DNA of 63,903 bases, the filler included, from Platydemus manokwari (Eukaryota): the NCBI GenBank assembly GCA_037951405.1. It is 6 parts of 6 records of this genome, joined end to end, with 100 filler letters (N's around TTAATTAATTAA, not from the genome) between each part and the next. Parts side by side here need not be neighbours in the genome. Positions count along the whole stretch, not along the records: positions 22,003 to 30,763 come from JBBMOY011354537.1; positions 30,864 to 42,450 come from JBBMOY010582217.1; 4 more parts are not named here. One strand, written 5' to 3'. Below the pieces are notes generated by a model. The model was not told the DNA's origin, did no database searches, and worked only from the letters and a program-made list of their open reading frames with translations. Positions within the stretch are counted from its first letter, which is position 1. The number at the start of each line of letters is the position of its first letter. A program made the position numbers and the translations under genes. Positions 26,403 through 39,300 of this stretch are shown here, piece by piece.

Positions 26403-27674
26403 TCATTCTAAAATCAAATCGACTTTTTCTGCAATTCTTTTGCAACCCTGCGACACCAGTTCCAGTGTGCCAATCTTTGTGAATTGTAAAGATTCCATGA
26501 TGCCATTGATTATTTCTCGATCATTCGGTAATTTCCTTGCTTTCATCGCACTGTCAATGCACTTCTCGACATGTTGCCTCTCCAATGGAAGAAACGGGAC
26601 AAAAGCTGTGATGAGGTAATGCGAAATCAGCTTGCTGTTCCTCAAACCGTCATCTGGTGATGAAAAAGTGTGTCAAAACAACACCAGAGATAATTAATTT
26701 ACTCTTCATATGATAAACATTTTTCGATAAAGCATCTTCCATCTCGTTCAAAGTGATTGATTCTCGAGGTCTTCCATTCGAATTAGCTTCTTTCAGCTTT
26801 TCTATGACATCTTTTCCACCGGAATTACTGCCATCACTTCATTTATAAAAAGAAAATCATATAAGCTAATAAACCTCAGTAAAATAAAGACGGATTTCCT
26901 GAAGTCAACACCGTCTATGGATTCGTGATGGTCGACAAAGGGTTTGAGAACATCCAATAGACTTTCATGCATATCTTGAACTTCATCAAAAATAAATAAA
27001 CTTCTAGGACACTGTTTAACAGTATCCAAAATCTTTTGCCGAAGTTCTTCCTTTAACATAACGTTGTTAATATATATTTTGATTATTTAAAAATTTTATA
27101 TATTTATGAAAACTTTAAAAATAAAAATTAACCTTGTATTGTTCTACTTTACTTGGCGATGGAAAATGTATACTGCTCACAAATAACCGCACATACTTAC
27201 TCTTCATACCTTTTTTAAAAATACTATTGGCAATCAATGATGAAACAAAATTTTTCCCAGTACCGGGTGAACCGTTAAAAGAAAGAAGAAGTGCTTTTGG
27301 TGGATTTCGATTTAATAAATGTGACTAAATGTATAATAACAGTGCAAAATAAGAATTTCTATTACTTTTAAATGTTTGCTTAAAACCAATTTAACTAAAT
27401 GTTGGCCATACAATTGATTATTCAGATCTTGTTCTAATTCTAAGATTTCTAATTAAGATATGCAAGGATTTATAATATTTATACTAGTCATATTCATTGG
27501 TAACCATTTAGAATCTTGTTCACAACATTCACCCAAGAAGCAATTTATTTTTCGTTGGTTAAATATATATGAGCCTATTCCAAAAATAAGTGTTCCTGCT
27601 AAGCCTATGGTTATTGGCTCAGATTCATATAGATTTAAGACATTTATGAAAATAAAATATTTCAATAAATTCAT
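26403..27674 (-). CDS. TOR1: Torsin family ER-lumenal AAA+ ATPase, 6 exons (27674-27485, 27439-27366, 27324-27133, 27050-26875, 26827-26703, 26653-26403; 335 aa)
   Basis: Signal peptide plus hydrophobic segment, CxxxECC, LYGQHL, Walker A GSPGTGKN, Walker B FIFDE, FILLSNSGG, FVPFLPLE and sensor-II GCK. Five GT-AG introns of 45, 41, 82, 47 and 49 nt keep the frame (1008 nt CDS). Paralogue identity not resolved. Confidence 0.95.
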
Positions 27675-30600
27675 TTAAAAATGACTCGAATAAGATTTAT
27701 TATTAAAACAAATATACTTTAATAATATTGACAAAAAATATTTTAGCTTTAATTTAAAATTGAAAGTCGGGTTCAATCAAAATTTCCTATGATATTTTTC
27801 TAAATTGAAAATAATTAATTTTAATTCATTCTAAGATAAAAGAAATTATTTACAAATTTTTTAAAAATTATCTAAATATTAAGACAACATCATACGTTTT
27901 CATAGACTGCATCGATTTTTATAAATTATATATCGTTAAACTTGTAAATATATACTTAGGTCACTGTTCCCAACTAAACAGGCAACATACGATGAATATT
28001 GTTCTATATGGACTAACAATTTAAGTTTAAAGGTACAGTCTCATGTGGCATGCGGAGTTTCAACATAAACATTTACGATAGCTACCTGTCATCGGATTTA
28101 AACTTCAGAGAGATGAAGAAATACTTACATTATCTATAGAAGAACCGGATTGATAAACTAGTTGGGAAGGTGCTTCAAATACAAGCATCTGAGACAAAAC
28201 AGAGAGAATAGAGATAGACGATGAGAGTAATTCGAACGATATTGTACAAAAAGCCACCCGGAACAAAAAATAGAAAAAATCAACTCGACCCGACAATCTC
28301 CTAAGAGACGATCAAGGTGATAAGAGATACACAAACGTTTGAACATCAACGAGGACTACGACAATGGATATATCTAACTAATTGATTTTGGATGTCTCTA
28401 ATCTATATCTTATATTTTGTACATTCCAAGTCCTTCCTTGCTTTTAAGTGTATATAAATCAGCTTAATAGTATTGTCTAACAATAATTTTGAGTTTTATG
28501 AGATTTATGATTCAACTTTGTATTAAAGTAACAACTAATTAATTATTCATACTCTATCAAGTATTTGAGATTTATTTGTCTGAATTAAAGGAATTAAGTT
28601 GTTTAGTCGAATGTATTCTTCAAGATAGTTCACTGGAATTGAAAAATAAGTGTCAAAATAGTTCGTCATATTAGTGGAAATGAATTTAATCGTTTGTAGA
28701 AATGAATGTGGAAATTATAGCTTATTGAAACTATAACTTGATAATGGGTAACTTGATTTTCCTCTTATTCCTTATATACTGGTCTAAACATGACAAAAAT
28801 AATTAATAAATAGCCCAATATAATAGAAAAATCATTTACACAAAAACAGAATTGTTTAAATAAATAAATAAAATAAATTCAAAAATATAAGCTGTTGTTT
28901 GTAGGCATATGCCTGTAGATTCTTAGCTTTTAAATATGGATTAGCATTAGAATGAATCTGATTGGTTAACGCACATGTGTTTATCGGGTTAGTGTGCATT
29001 AACTCTTTTTAGGGTTTTTCCTTTGTTATTGTGATTTTTTTTATTGATTTATCATATGCCCAGCACACTTATAAATTAGTATAAATAGTTTGGAAGAATT
29101 AGGACTTTTGTTCTTAAAATCTCGACAAAAAGATCCAAATTTAAAAATTTGAGACAAAGATAAAGCTCAGTCTGGTAATTCGGTTATCGAGCAACAGAAG
29201 CAATATATTAAAGAGAATTCATAAGAATATATTGATAAACTACTGGGAGTATTTGATATTCTACTATCGGAGAAGAACGTCTAAAGTGTGATTTGAAATT
29301 GAGTGCTGAAATCCGTAATTTGAAAATACTATATATATGCGTGTACATATGAAAGCAAAATCCAACAAATTTATGGGTTTGTATGACACACAACCTGGAA
29401 ATGATTATTTGTGATCCTTAGTTCATATTGTTTAAAAGAATGTGCACAAATAATAGCAGTGATTTATTTCATTAAATATTGACAAGAATAAAAATAAGAA
29501 CATTGATCATAAATTCCCATATATTCACTACTGTATTAATAATAATAATATTATGTGGTTTAGTACATATAAATTAATATTAAAATATGAATGATATTAG
29601 AATAAGCACTCAGTGAAATTCACTATCAAAATGAATCCATGCAGTTAGCATTCACACATTTTTAGTTCATAGAAAATAAACTAAAATTCTTTTATAATAA
29701 CGAGTGTGAAATAAATTTTTTACGTTAATAATGTTCATTATCGTCTCTTGAAATATTCATCAGATACATTTTGGAATAGTTCATAATTCCATTTACAGAA
29801 TACATCTTTCCCATGTTGATTTTTGAACAGTCATATAATATTAGAGTTTTAATTTGGTTTCTGACTTGGAAAATCACGGTGATCATTATGAAAATAAAAG
29901 CATCACTTCACATATTCAATGAAGATTTTCACGTTTGTGTCGTTTTCCTTTTCCATATCATTTCGATGTAATCAAAAATACTTGATTTTTCCTAATGCCT
30001 CCCATATCTCAGCTGTTTGTGGAAAACCAATAGAATGTACACCAAATATAATTTCAAAGTCAATATTGATAATATAGTCAACACTGTCGAAAGAGAGCCT
30101 CTGATAAAGCTTGAAGTCCGAAAATTGTCTTTCCAGTTTCTTTTGTTTACCAGACAACTCTTTTACTACATATCAATGAATAATACGAAATTTGTTATTC
30201 ACTACTTAAGCTGACTAAATGAATAACAGCAAAAATAACCATTATCGTGATGAAGCTTTCTTTATCAAACATTATATTCTATAAAAGGGTATTATTATGA
30301 GTGAGGGTTATGGTTAACAGTAATTATGATTATAGAGCTAACAGCTAAATTTGCAAGGTACACCCAGAATCGAGCTCACAATAAACAATATTCTGATCAA
30401 TAATTTTCAAGTAATAAATCAGTCATCAAGTATCAATAATTTTGACATTTAATCGGCCGGTATTTTAATCGATAAGAATAGATATAATCCAGCAGACTAT
30501 TTCAATACGTGCTGAATTCACATTTTCCGAAATAAATTTTCCTCCAATCAAAACAAAGTTTATTTAAAACAATTTAATTACAAATATTATTTTCAAAAAT

Positions 30601-30763
30601 TTCAAACTGCCATCCAAACTAAGTCCCATACATAGCCAACTCAAGTTTCTCGGAAATTCTCTTACATCCTTGAGATGACAATTCGTCATCACCCAATTTA
30701 AAGAAATCCAACATTCTAATCGTGCTTTCGATTAATTGATCATTATCCGGCGGTAACATTTTT

Positions 30764-30863
30764 NNNNNNNNNNNNNNNNNNNNNNNNNNNNNNNNNNNNN
30801 NNNNNNNTTAATTAATTAANNNNNNNNNNNNNNNNNNNNNNNNNNNNNNNNNNNNNNNNNNNN
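30764..30863. other. Assembly gap spacer
   Basis: N44-TTAATTAATTAA-N44. Confidence 0.98.
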
Positions 30864-31919
30864 TGAATTTATTTTTAAAGGAAATGCCTTAAACCAAAAA
30901 CTTCCTTTGCCGTGTCACCCAACCACGATGATTGCCGTGTACTAAACGAATATATCCTGCAGCGAGAGTAACATAATTTTTACTAATGAATAATCAATAA
31001 AGAAGTTTGACATTGAGAGAGTTGGAAGTACAATTAAAAAGATTGTCACAATCACCAAAATAACTAATTATTTATTGTCATGGCAAAATGTTTATCATTG
31101 GCGGTTAGTGATTTATCACCATTGTTACCATAGGAATAAATGAGACACATGTCACCATAATGAAATCTCCACTTTGTTGCTTCAAATTAGTTGGTTATTG
31201 TTCCTGTAAAACCGTGCAGGAAAGTATGTATGCAACATGCCAAAGCCAGGTTTACAAGATGTTCAGGGTTGTTACGTCCGTGAGCATCTCCTACACTTGC
31301 AATATCTTTTGCTTTTAGAAGACTTTGTTCCAAATTGACAAATGCTAAATTTCAGCAAATCATAAGGAAGCCTCGATAATTAATAATTTCTACAAAAATA
31401 ATAAACAATGTTTTAAAAACCATTAATATATAAAACTAAACGAGTGCTTTTTTTCTCCGAACAATATCCTAAAAAAGCGGCTGGTGTGTTGAATCAATCT
31501 AGCTTATTGTGAGCTAGTTTTCAGTCAGATGTTTATCGATTCATCTATTTACCTATTTGGAAAAACATGTTGGATGAATTTGTTTAAAGATATATTTTAA
31601 TAAAAACTTTTCATTAATTTAATTCGTATGTGTCGTTTCTTTCATTTCAATGAAATGTGAATTGTATGTTCAAAGAATACTCTGTTGATTGTGTTTTGAA
31701 AATTTTGAAAATTAAATATTTTATAATGGTAGCTATGAGGCAATCTCGCTTTTTTCGAACACTGCAATCACCGGAGCGTTAATCATCACAAGAAACAATG
31801 GCTTTGAATATTATTTTTATTGATTATTGTTTTACTTCTTTCCTTCGGATTGATAGGGCTTTTGTAAAATTGATTTATAAGTAAATGTACAGTATAATTC
31901 CGAAGGATAACATCAGGAA

Positions 31920-32980
31920 TTCAACACAATACAAAACAACTCTCTGAATGCCTGGGCTCGGTCTGACCTCAGGGAGGAACATTCAATGACTTCCTCAACC
32001 AAATATCTACTTCAAAATTCATCTACATCTAAATAGCCATGATTTTATATCAACCAAATCATCTTCACAACTATCGGACTGATGCCCGTGCACAAATTAT
32101 TCCTTCTCAACAAAACACAATGACATCCAAGCACTATAAACTTAGAGTGAGACCCCTTTAAGTATGCCCAAAATTTCCAAAAGTCGACAAAACAAATTCA
32201 CCGAACAACCACATCGACCAACACCGAACCAAAATCATGATTGTCCTCCTTGACTTCGATTCACCATAAAAACTCTACTCACAATGAAATTAATGACTTA
32301 CACCCTTCCTACTTTGTCACATAACTATGCATACTCAACACGACCAGGCAGTAAATGTTGTCCCGACTCAATTGCGATACATTCGTCTGAAACAATTCTC
32401 CGTTGTACGATTCCAAATCCTCTATACCAACAATCTCAAACTTAATGCATTCGGATCCTGTTCATTAGGTATTGGCCTATTGAAGATATCCAAAGTGGGC
32501 CGATCGAAATAAATTATCAAATTATCAGCATCGGAAACTTTCTTCTTCTTCTCTTTCCAGATGCTCTAGCTTGACCGAGAAGTTTGTCACCTGAGGTCTA
32601 TACGTCTATGAGATCGACAGCGCAGATGAAGATATACTCACAAACCTTAATTTCAATCTATAACGTCCTGTCAACACAAACTTAAAGAAAAGCTTCCGAC
32701 AAGTTCGTACACAGTTTTGCAGTTTCAACAAAACAGTCCACCGCAATGCATTCAGACACAAGCATCAAATCTCAACCATATTCTCCGATTTAGAATTTCT
32801 AACTAAATAATATGACATCCCGGCAATATGAAATTAATATAAGATCCCAACAATTGTGTTCAAAATTTCATCGATATGTCAATTCATCCAACAGAATTGT
32901 TGGAGTCCCAACCCTACCAAATCATCACAAATTACACCCAGCCAAATAGGTTAAAACCCTTTGACCAAGTACACATCGCA
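31920..32980 (+). mobile_element. Possible decayed retroelement (A/C-skewed coding-like DNA)
   Basis: Strong A+C skew and broken frames as in LINE sense strands; no diagnostic motif. Confidence 0.2.
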
Positions 32981-34329
32981 ATTTTTAAAATAATATATGT
33001 ACATGAACATAAGATATATACATAAACATTGCCACTGACTTTGTGCTGCTGCGGCAATCTGCTGCTTGATGTGGAATTCCAGCAGTCAAGCAATGAAGGC
33101 CGATACTGATATGCCTGTTAACTATAACATTATTTCATTTTGATAATGATCCACATTAGCATTGTTTTGTCTTATCCTGTTGCGATGTAAACAATAAACA
33201 ATACTTATAATTGATTTCGATATCGATATTGATTGATATTAATATTTAATTCTGGTGTTGATGTTTATCATTCAATTGTATGAAATATATTAAGTGCATT
33301 ATTATTATGTAAAGACGGAGGATTGGGAGAGGAACTACGGCGAGTAATAAATAATTCTAAATTAATATAACAAAATATAATAGTATAAAATAACTAAAAT
33401 CTGAACCAAAAATAAAAGTGCAAAAATGAATAAAGACAACACCAGGGTGAAAAAACACATTGAAAATGCAAAATTTATGCACAGCAGACTGGAATCAGTA
33501 TCACATGTTCAATAAAATTGAAGTATAGAAACTTCGTGCAGATCTTGCAGAAGAAACCAATCAACTAAACATAACAGCTCGAGAAGCAACTGATCTAAAT
33601 CAAATTCTAATTAGCGAAGCTCTTATCAGACAGGAATTGAAAAAAGGAAGTGTTAAACAATTCGCGAACCAAACAGGCACCTATTATTCACGGATATTAT
33701 AACGGATACATAAGGGACATTATTTATATTACAAACTTGTGCGGAGTAAGCGTCGTATATTTTTAATTTGTCATTTGCCATTTCATAACTTAACCTATTA
33801 ATAATATTTAATATTAATCTAACCATTTGACAATTTATTTTCGATATACTCGCCGTAATTAATCTTCTTAAATTCGACCAACTGCTCCTTCAGCTTCGGA
33901 CTTTGTCGGCAACTTGCTTTGGCAACGCGCTGACCAATGATACAATTTTGTTGTTTGTTTCACCTCTTGTTCGTTTTATTTTTTCTAAACAGAGTCATTT
34001 TAATCCTTTATTGTCTTATCATTATTGAACCGATATTAACAAATTAATAACAATTAACTTTTGGGCCAACATTAACATTAACTGTACCTTAATTTCAGGT
34101 GCGCAAAACTCGGCTTTTTCACCAAGTTAGTAAGCTCACCTTTAGATATTTCAATTCCGATGACCTGGTCGTCAAACCGATCATCGAAGCCCCATAGAAC
34201 CTGATAAAATAACAACCAAATTATATAATAGAATTACAATAACTTCGAACGGTCTTTTCGATTCCCGCATCAGTCTGCTCACTTACTCATCTCACTCAAA
34301 AATTATAAAAAATCAAAAAAACCATTGCT

Positions 34330-36560
34330 GAGTCCCAATATTCGGTACTGCCGATACCAATGGATTGTAGAAGCATTTCTAAACCAGTTCCAGGAAATAC
34401 AGCAAAAAGCGATATTTATCTAATCAAATAAAGCTGAGGTGAAGGATTTCCCACCGCCTCGTGAAGAACTTGTTTATGTTTGAAAAATATTAGTTTTTTG
34501 TACATCATAACTTAAAGTTAAAAATGTAAATATTTTCATAATAAGTTTGATTTATGACGAACGAATAGATAACCTTAGGACGTTAATGAAATATGACTTA
34601 CATTTAAGATAATTAATCTAAATAACACAGAATTTTCAAATTAATCCTTACAGTACTTCAGACCTTATAAGTCATTTTGATTTTTTAATTATTTTTCTTT
34701 CCATTTTGATCACAGTTTCTTCGAATTGCTATCCTGTCTTCTTCCCATTTCAATATGCTGACATCATATATTTTCCGTATGTTATTGATGTTTAATTGTG
34801 ATATCTAGATTTTCCTAACTCATTTTTGTGATTTATGCTTGAAGCGTGCTTGTATGTTGGGTATGTGTTTGTTATCAAATTAGACATATTGACAGTTTTC
34901 ATCTTACAACTTTAACAAAAGAAATGAAATAGAATAGAAATTAAAATGCCATGGTACCAACATAAACAATCGATCATGATGTCAATCATAATGGTTTGCA
35001 ACTATTAATAAATCAGCGCGAAAAATCGAATGATTATGTTGTACATTATCAACGATAGGCTGACTCATAAAATATATCAAATTAATATATACATAATAAT
35101 AGAACCTTATTTATACCCAAGCTGCTTCATCTCTGATTAATACTGCAAATGGCCTGCGAGCCTGATCAAAAGACGTTGAATTCTAAAGCAAAGCCACTGC
35201 AATAATAAATAATATAATGATCGAAGACAGAACTCAAGCATCAAAATTAAGGCTCAATTCTAGATTAACAATTATCGTATAAGTTGATTTTAATTTCTAT
35301 TAAGATATGGAATAAGTACGGTGCTTATATGATAGTGGACTCCCTTCAGGAACTGATCTTTGACAACTTCTTACTGGTAATTTTGATTTTAATCTTAATG
35401 ACTCTTCTGCCAATATTAACAACAAAAGAAATAAAGAAATCTCCAACTATTTCTCTTGATTTTTCAATCCCAGAGAATAATTTCTGAGGAATTGAGAGAC
35501 CATCGTCTCCGCATATAAATTTTTCATATAGGGCATGCTTTATTCCATTATCATGCTTGTATTCCATTATCATGCTTGTACAACTGAGTAGGTATCTATG
35601 CAAATAAAGTATCAAAACAGATTTCACGGATCCAAGGCTCGTCATTTCAACGGTGATCTATACTCAAAATATTATCCTTTTTTCCAAGATTTTACCTCGA
35701 AATCTTTACAATGACAGATGGCTGACTCACAGCAAACTGATGGAAGACTCGGCAATAGGCAATTTACAATATACAAGTTGACAATAAGCAAATCAATCAG
35801 TTTGCGTCGGTATCCTCTAAAACTACCTGGATTTTCTGTGATTATATAACCCGGTGGCTTGAGGCCTATGCGATACCGAACAAGCAAGCTAGCACATTTT
35901 ACAAAACCTTTGTTTAAGAGATCATGTAGGAAGTTTGTAAAAAGTTGCTCACCGATAACAAAAAAGAATTTCTCAGTAACACCTTGGTTTGCATCAACAA
36001 GATGTTTAAAATAACCAAGTTGAATATATCACCTTACTTACCACAAGCCGATGGGTTGGTTAAAAGATTTAATGGCACCCTATCCAGTACCACACAAACC
36101 GACTGGGATGTCCACTCCATATTATGTTTATTTGCGTATTAAATTGTTGCTGAAGCCAGTACGGAGTACGTATCTTTTTATCTTATATACATAAGAGAAA
36201 GCCATACGCCGTTAAACTTGGAGATAGAATCTAAGCTCTTACAGTACATGGATAAAGAAGACTATGTCGCTGTTATGAAATAATGGCTCCCACAGCATGG
36301 CATAGGGCAAGACTTTTACTAAAAAACTAACAGGAACAAATGAAAGACAATTATGATAAAAGTAAAGACCACACCTTACAAGTGGAAGACAAGATTATGC
36401 AGGAAACTAAGCCATGAAAAAAATGGATTTCTCTAAAATTAAATCGACCTTTTAAGGGTCCTTACATTGTACAGAAAATAATTAAGACAAATTTTGTGAT
36501 AGGCCCATTGGATAAAAGCAATACTGAACACACCAAGTGTTGCAAACAATATGAAGACGT
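34330..36560 (+). mobile_element. Decayed, internally deleted Gypsy/Ty3 LTR retrotransposon gag-pol
   Basis: Gag-like PIFG...EAFLNQFQEI (~34335), protease-like VRCLYDSG (35316-35339), integrase LLTDNKKEF...SPYLPQADGLVKRFNGTL...DWD...LFAY (35942-36139), and QEQMKDNYDK / LNRPFKGPY (GPY/F, ~36460). Stops and frameshifts throughout. Confidence 0.85.
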
Positions 36561-36654
36561 CGTCCGAAAGCACAATCCAAATTCGGTGGAACGAGGGAAA
36601 CAAATGATACAACAAGCTCAGTAACCACTCAGACGCCCGCTACGGTCCAAGAAA

Positions 36655-37650
36655 ATGGTGTTTTTAATGTTCATGAGTATCATCACATGTTGTCTAGAAA
36701 AAACAAAAGAAAAGTAGCAGAAACACAGAGAAAGGAAATGACAGTCCGATAAAGAGTGAAGGCTCGAATCTTATATGATCGAGTCAAAGCGCTTACAAAT
36801 GTTAATCACATACCCAACTGCCTAAAGGAGAAGACAGTGGAGAATCGTAGGATGTTTCTCCTAGCGGAACCTCAAAAGGCGAATTGGATTTGAGGATTAA
36901 TTGATTACCAATAAGAGATCGAGATAGACAACGTCCTCACAGCAATTGAGGTTGCCATCCCGGAGATGGGTTGGAAAACAAAAGTCGTACCCTACGCGAC
37001 TGTTAAGATCGAGGGATTTAGCACGGATCTCAAGAAGATCGTTATTTGGAATTTGCATGAAGAGAAATGTGGTCGCTGACGAAATTCGACAAGAACCAAC
37101 CCAATTATGGAAAGATGTCGATCAGTCAAAGGAAAAATTTGGAGAGCTGAGTAATGACTGCCTCCAAATAGAAAATCACAAATCCTTCCTAAGGATGAAT
37201 ATGACGAGGAAGGAAGTAAAATAAAAGAGTCCAATTTGTCCATGTCGCTTTAGCACAGCAAGAATTCGCCAGTGGGTTTGTTCCGATATCAATGAGTATA
37301 TTGGATTAACAAAGGGCATTGGTATACTCCAATGTTATTACCACCAGAACCAGAATTCTATATTATAGAACACCCTAACATGACCTCAGAAGAAACACTC
37401 CATAGCAAGAAGGATGAACTGTAAGAAGTCAATAAACAATTACGGGGAACCATAATTATTTGTCAGAATATTGGAAGGACTGATAGCTTTGAGAATCACT
37501 CTCGGAGATTTATGTGGTGTTCGAGAGCTATCAAATGTGCCAATATTCGTCGAAGATAGCGTGAAAAGGAGTAATGGAAGATTTATTCTTTAAAGGCTAG
37601 CAAGCCAGTTATAAATTATGAATTTCCAAAGAAATTCATAAAGTAAGAAG
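36655..37650 (+). pseudogene. env-like third ORF of the Gypsy remnant
   Basis: Begins with signal-like MVFLMFMSIITCC just after the integrase. A mostly open Cys/Trp-containing frame follows (HIPNCLKE..., IVIWNLHEEKC, NVPIFVE). Confidence 0.4.
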
Positions 37651-37994
37651 AGAACCACATAGTGGAGATAGTCAAAAAGATCTACCTCTTTCTAAAATTA
37701 TTATTGACAAAAATAATTATTAAATAAGAATTCGAATTAATTAAAGAATTTTAAATTATTATTAGAAATATTTTGATGTTTTAATGAATCAGGTCACATT
37801 GATCTGAATGTAGGAGTTGACTGTACATGCCAACTAGGAGGTAGAGAATTTTGTGGTAATCAACAGTCGATTACCAGAATTGCTAGAGAATATTTGCCAG
37901 CCAAGAATTAAATTGAATGGTGAGAGGTTAAAACTAGAAGCAAGCGTATACAGGAACATGTTATTGATTTGTTTATATCGAGAATTTATAGAAC

Positions 37995-38085
37995 ATTCGT
38001 GAACAGTGTTCCCGAATATTGGTATTAAGTAAAAGAAATATTATCTTGTGAGATATTCGTGGGCAGTGTTTCCCAAATATCGGTT
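37995..38085. repeat. Two ~30-bp direct repeats in a probable LTR-like region
   Basis: attcgtgaacagtgttcccgaatattggt and attcgtgggcagtgtttcccaaatatcggt, followed by tataaata at ~38128. Confidence 0.55.
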
Positions 38086-38752
38086 ATAATATAAAGGTGA
38101 TCGTGTTGATTTACTAAAACCTTCTGGTATAAATACAGAAAATAATCAATGTCATTTTACAAATTGTATATTAGTATTACCCTATCAAAATTATCAAAAT
38201 TTTTAAAAAATAACAAGTCATAAATAAAATTTAAAATTAGCGCAGAAAGAGTGATATGAAAGACACCACCAGCACACCAAATACCACAAGCAATCATCTA
38301 TTCTAGTTAATTTAAAAATGACTATTTAATGCATTTTGGCCCGACCATTAATATAAATAAAATTGACAGTAAGGACTATTGGATAATTTATAGCTTATAT
38401 ATAATAGTATAAAAGTGGATGTTATTCACATGAGTTACTCCAAAAATTTGAAAGCTAAAAAAATATAGATAAATGATTCGGAAGTAGGATTTACTATCGA
38501 ACCAACATATTTAAATGATAGCTGCTTTAGAGGAGTTTCATTATTGGCAAACTAAGATGCATTACATAATTGGATATAAAATTCCGTTAATTATAAACAA
38601 ATATAAAAGCGTCGTCACAACCAAAATGAGATCACTTATTTACCTAAGATTTTTGTTAGGGTATCAGCCGCTACAAACCGTAACGATTACCAAGCCTGTA
38701 TTTCTATAATTATACCCAGTATATAGTACCTACATGTACCAGCGTACAATTG

Positions 38753-38837
38753 TTTACCATTATAAAATCCCGTGTATATAGATATTAAGCGTCTATTTAT
38801 TTACCATTATTGAACCCCGTGTACATAGACATTAAAC
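38753..38837. repeat. Tandem duplication, ~48-bp period, 2 copies
   Basis: tttaccattataaaatcccgtgtatatagatattaa and tttaccattattgaaccccgtgtacatagacattaa. Confidence 0.7.
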
Positions 38838-39229
38838 ACCAAGCCAATAGGATAAACAACACCTTGATTATGGATCTCCGAGCAAGAGATCTGAACAAAA
38901 GAAAACACCAACATTAATCAAGTCATCAACAATAACAACATAACAATGATATTGTGTTCTCAACAAATAACAATGATTAACAAAGATATTATGCCTTTTG
39001 TGACAACAATTATGATTTGTAGCGAAGGTGAATGTGGGAGATGTTTGTCCGCACTGAGAAATTATTAATTTGGAAAATAATAATAAATCAATAAAATCAA
39101 AAAGGTTATTCATTATTAGCCTAAAAAATTGCAAATGTCAGAAATAAGATAAAATAAATAAATATACAATAAGATTATTAATTAATGGTAATAATAAATA
39201 ATTAGCATAATTAGTCGAATAATAAGAAC

Positions 39230-39300
39230 GACAAATCGCGTAGACGTGGGCGTAAGGACGTAAGCGTCTATAAATACCGTGGTGAGACTCAGTCAGACCA
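39230..39300 (+). promoter_or_regulatory. TATA + initiator-like promoter module, probably TE/LTR-derived
   Basis: CpG-rich gcgta/acgt cluster, TATAAATA at 39268, TCAGTC about 21 nt later. Confidence 0.3.

Noticed and set aside
27965-28535. Solo LTR candidate (TG...CA, TATA, ATTAAA); similar case at ~51983-52420
   Set aside because: No matching TSD or second copy seen in the window.
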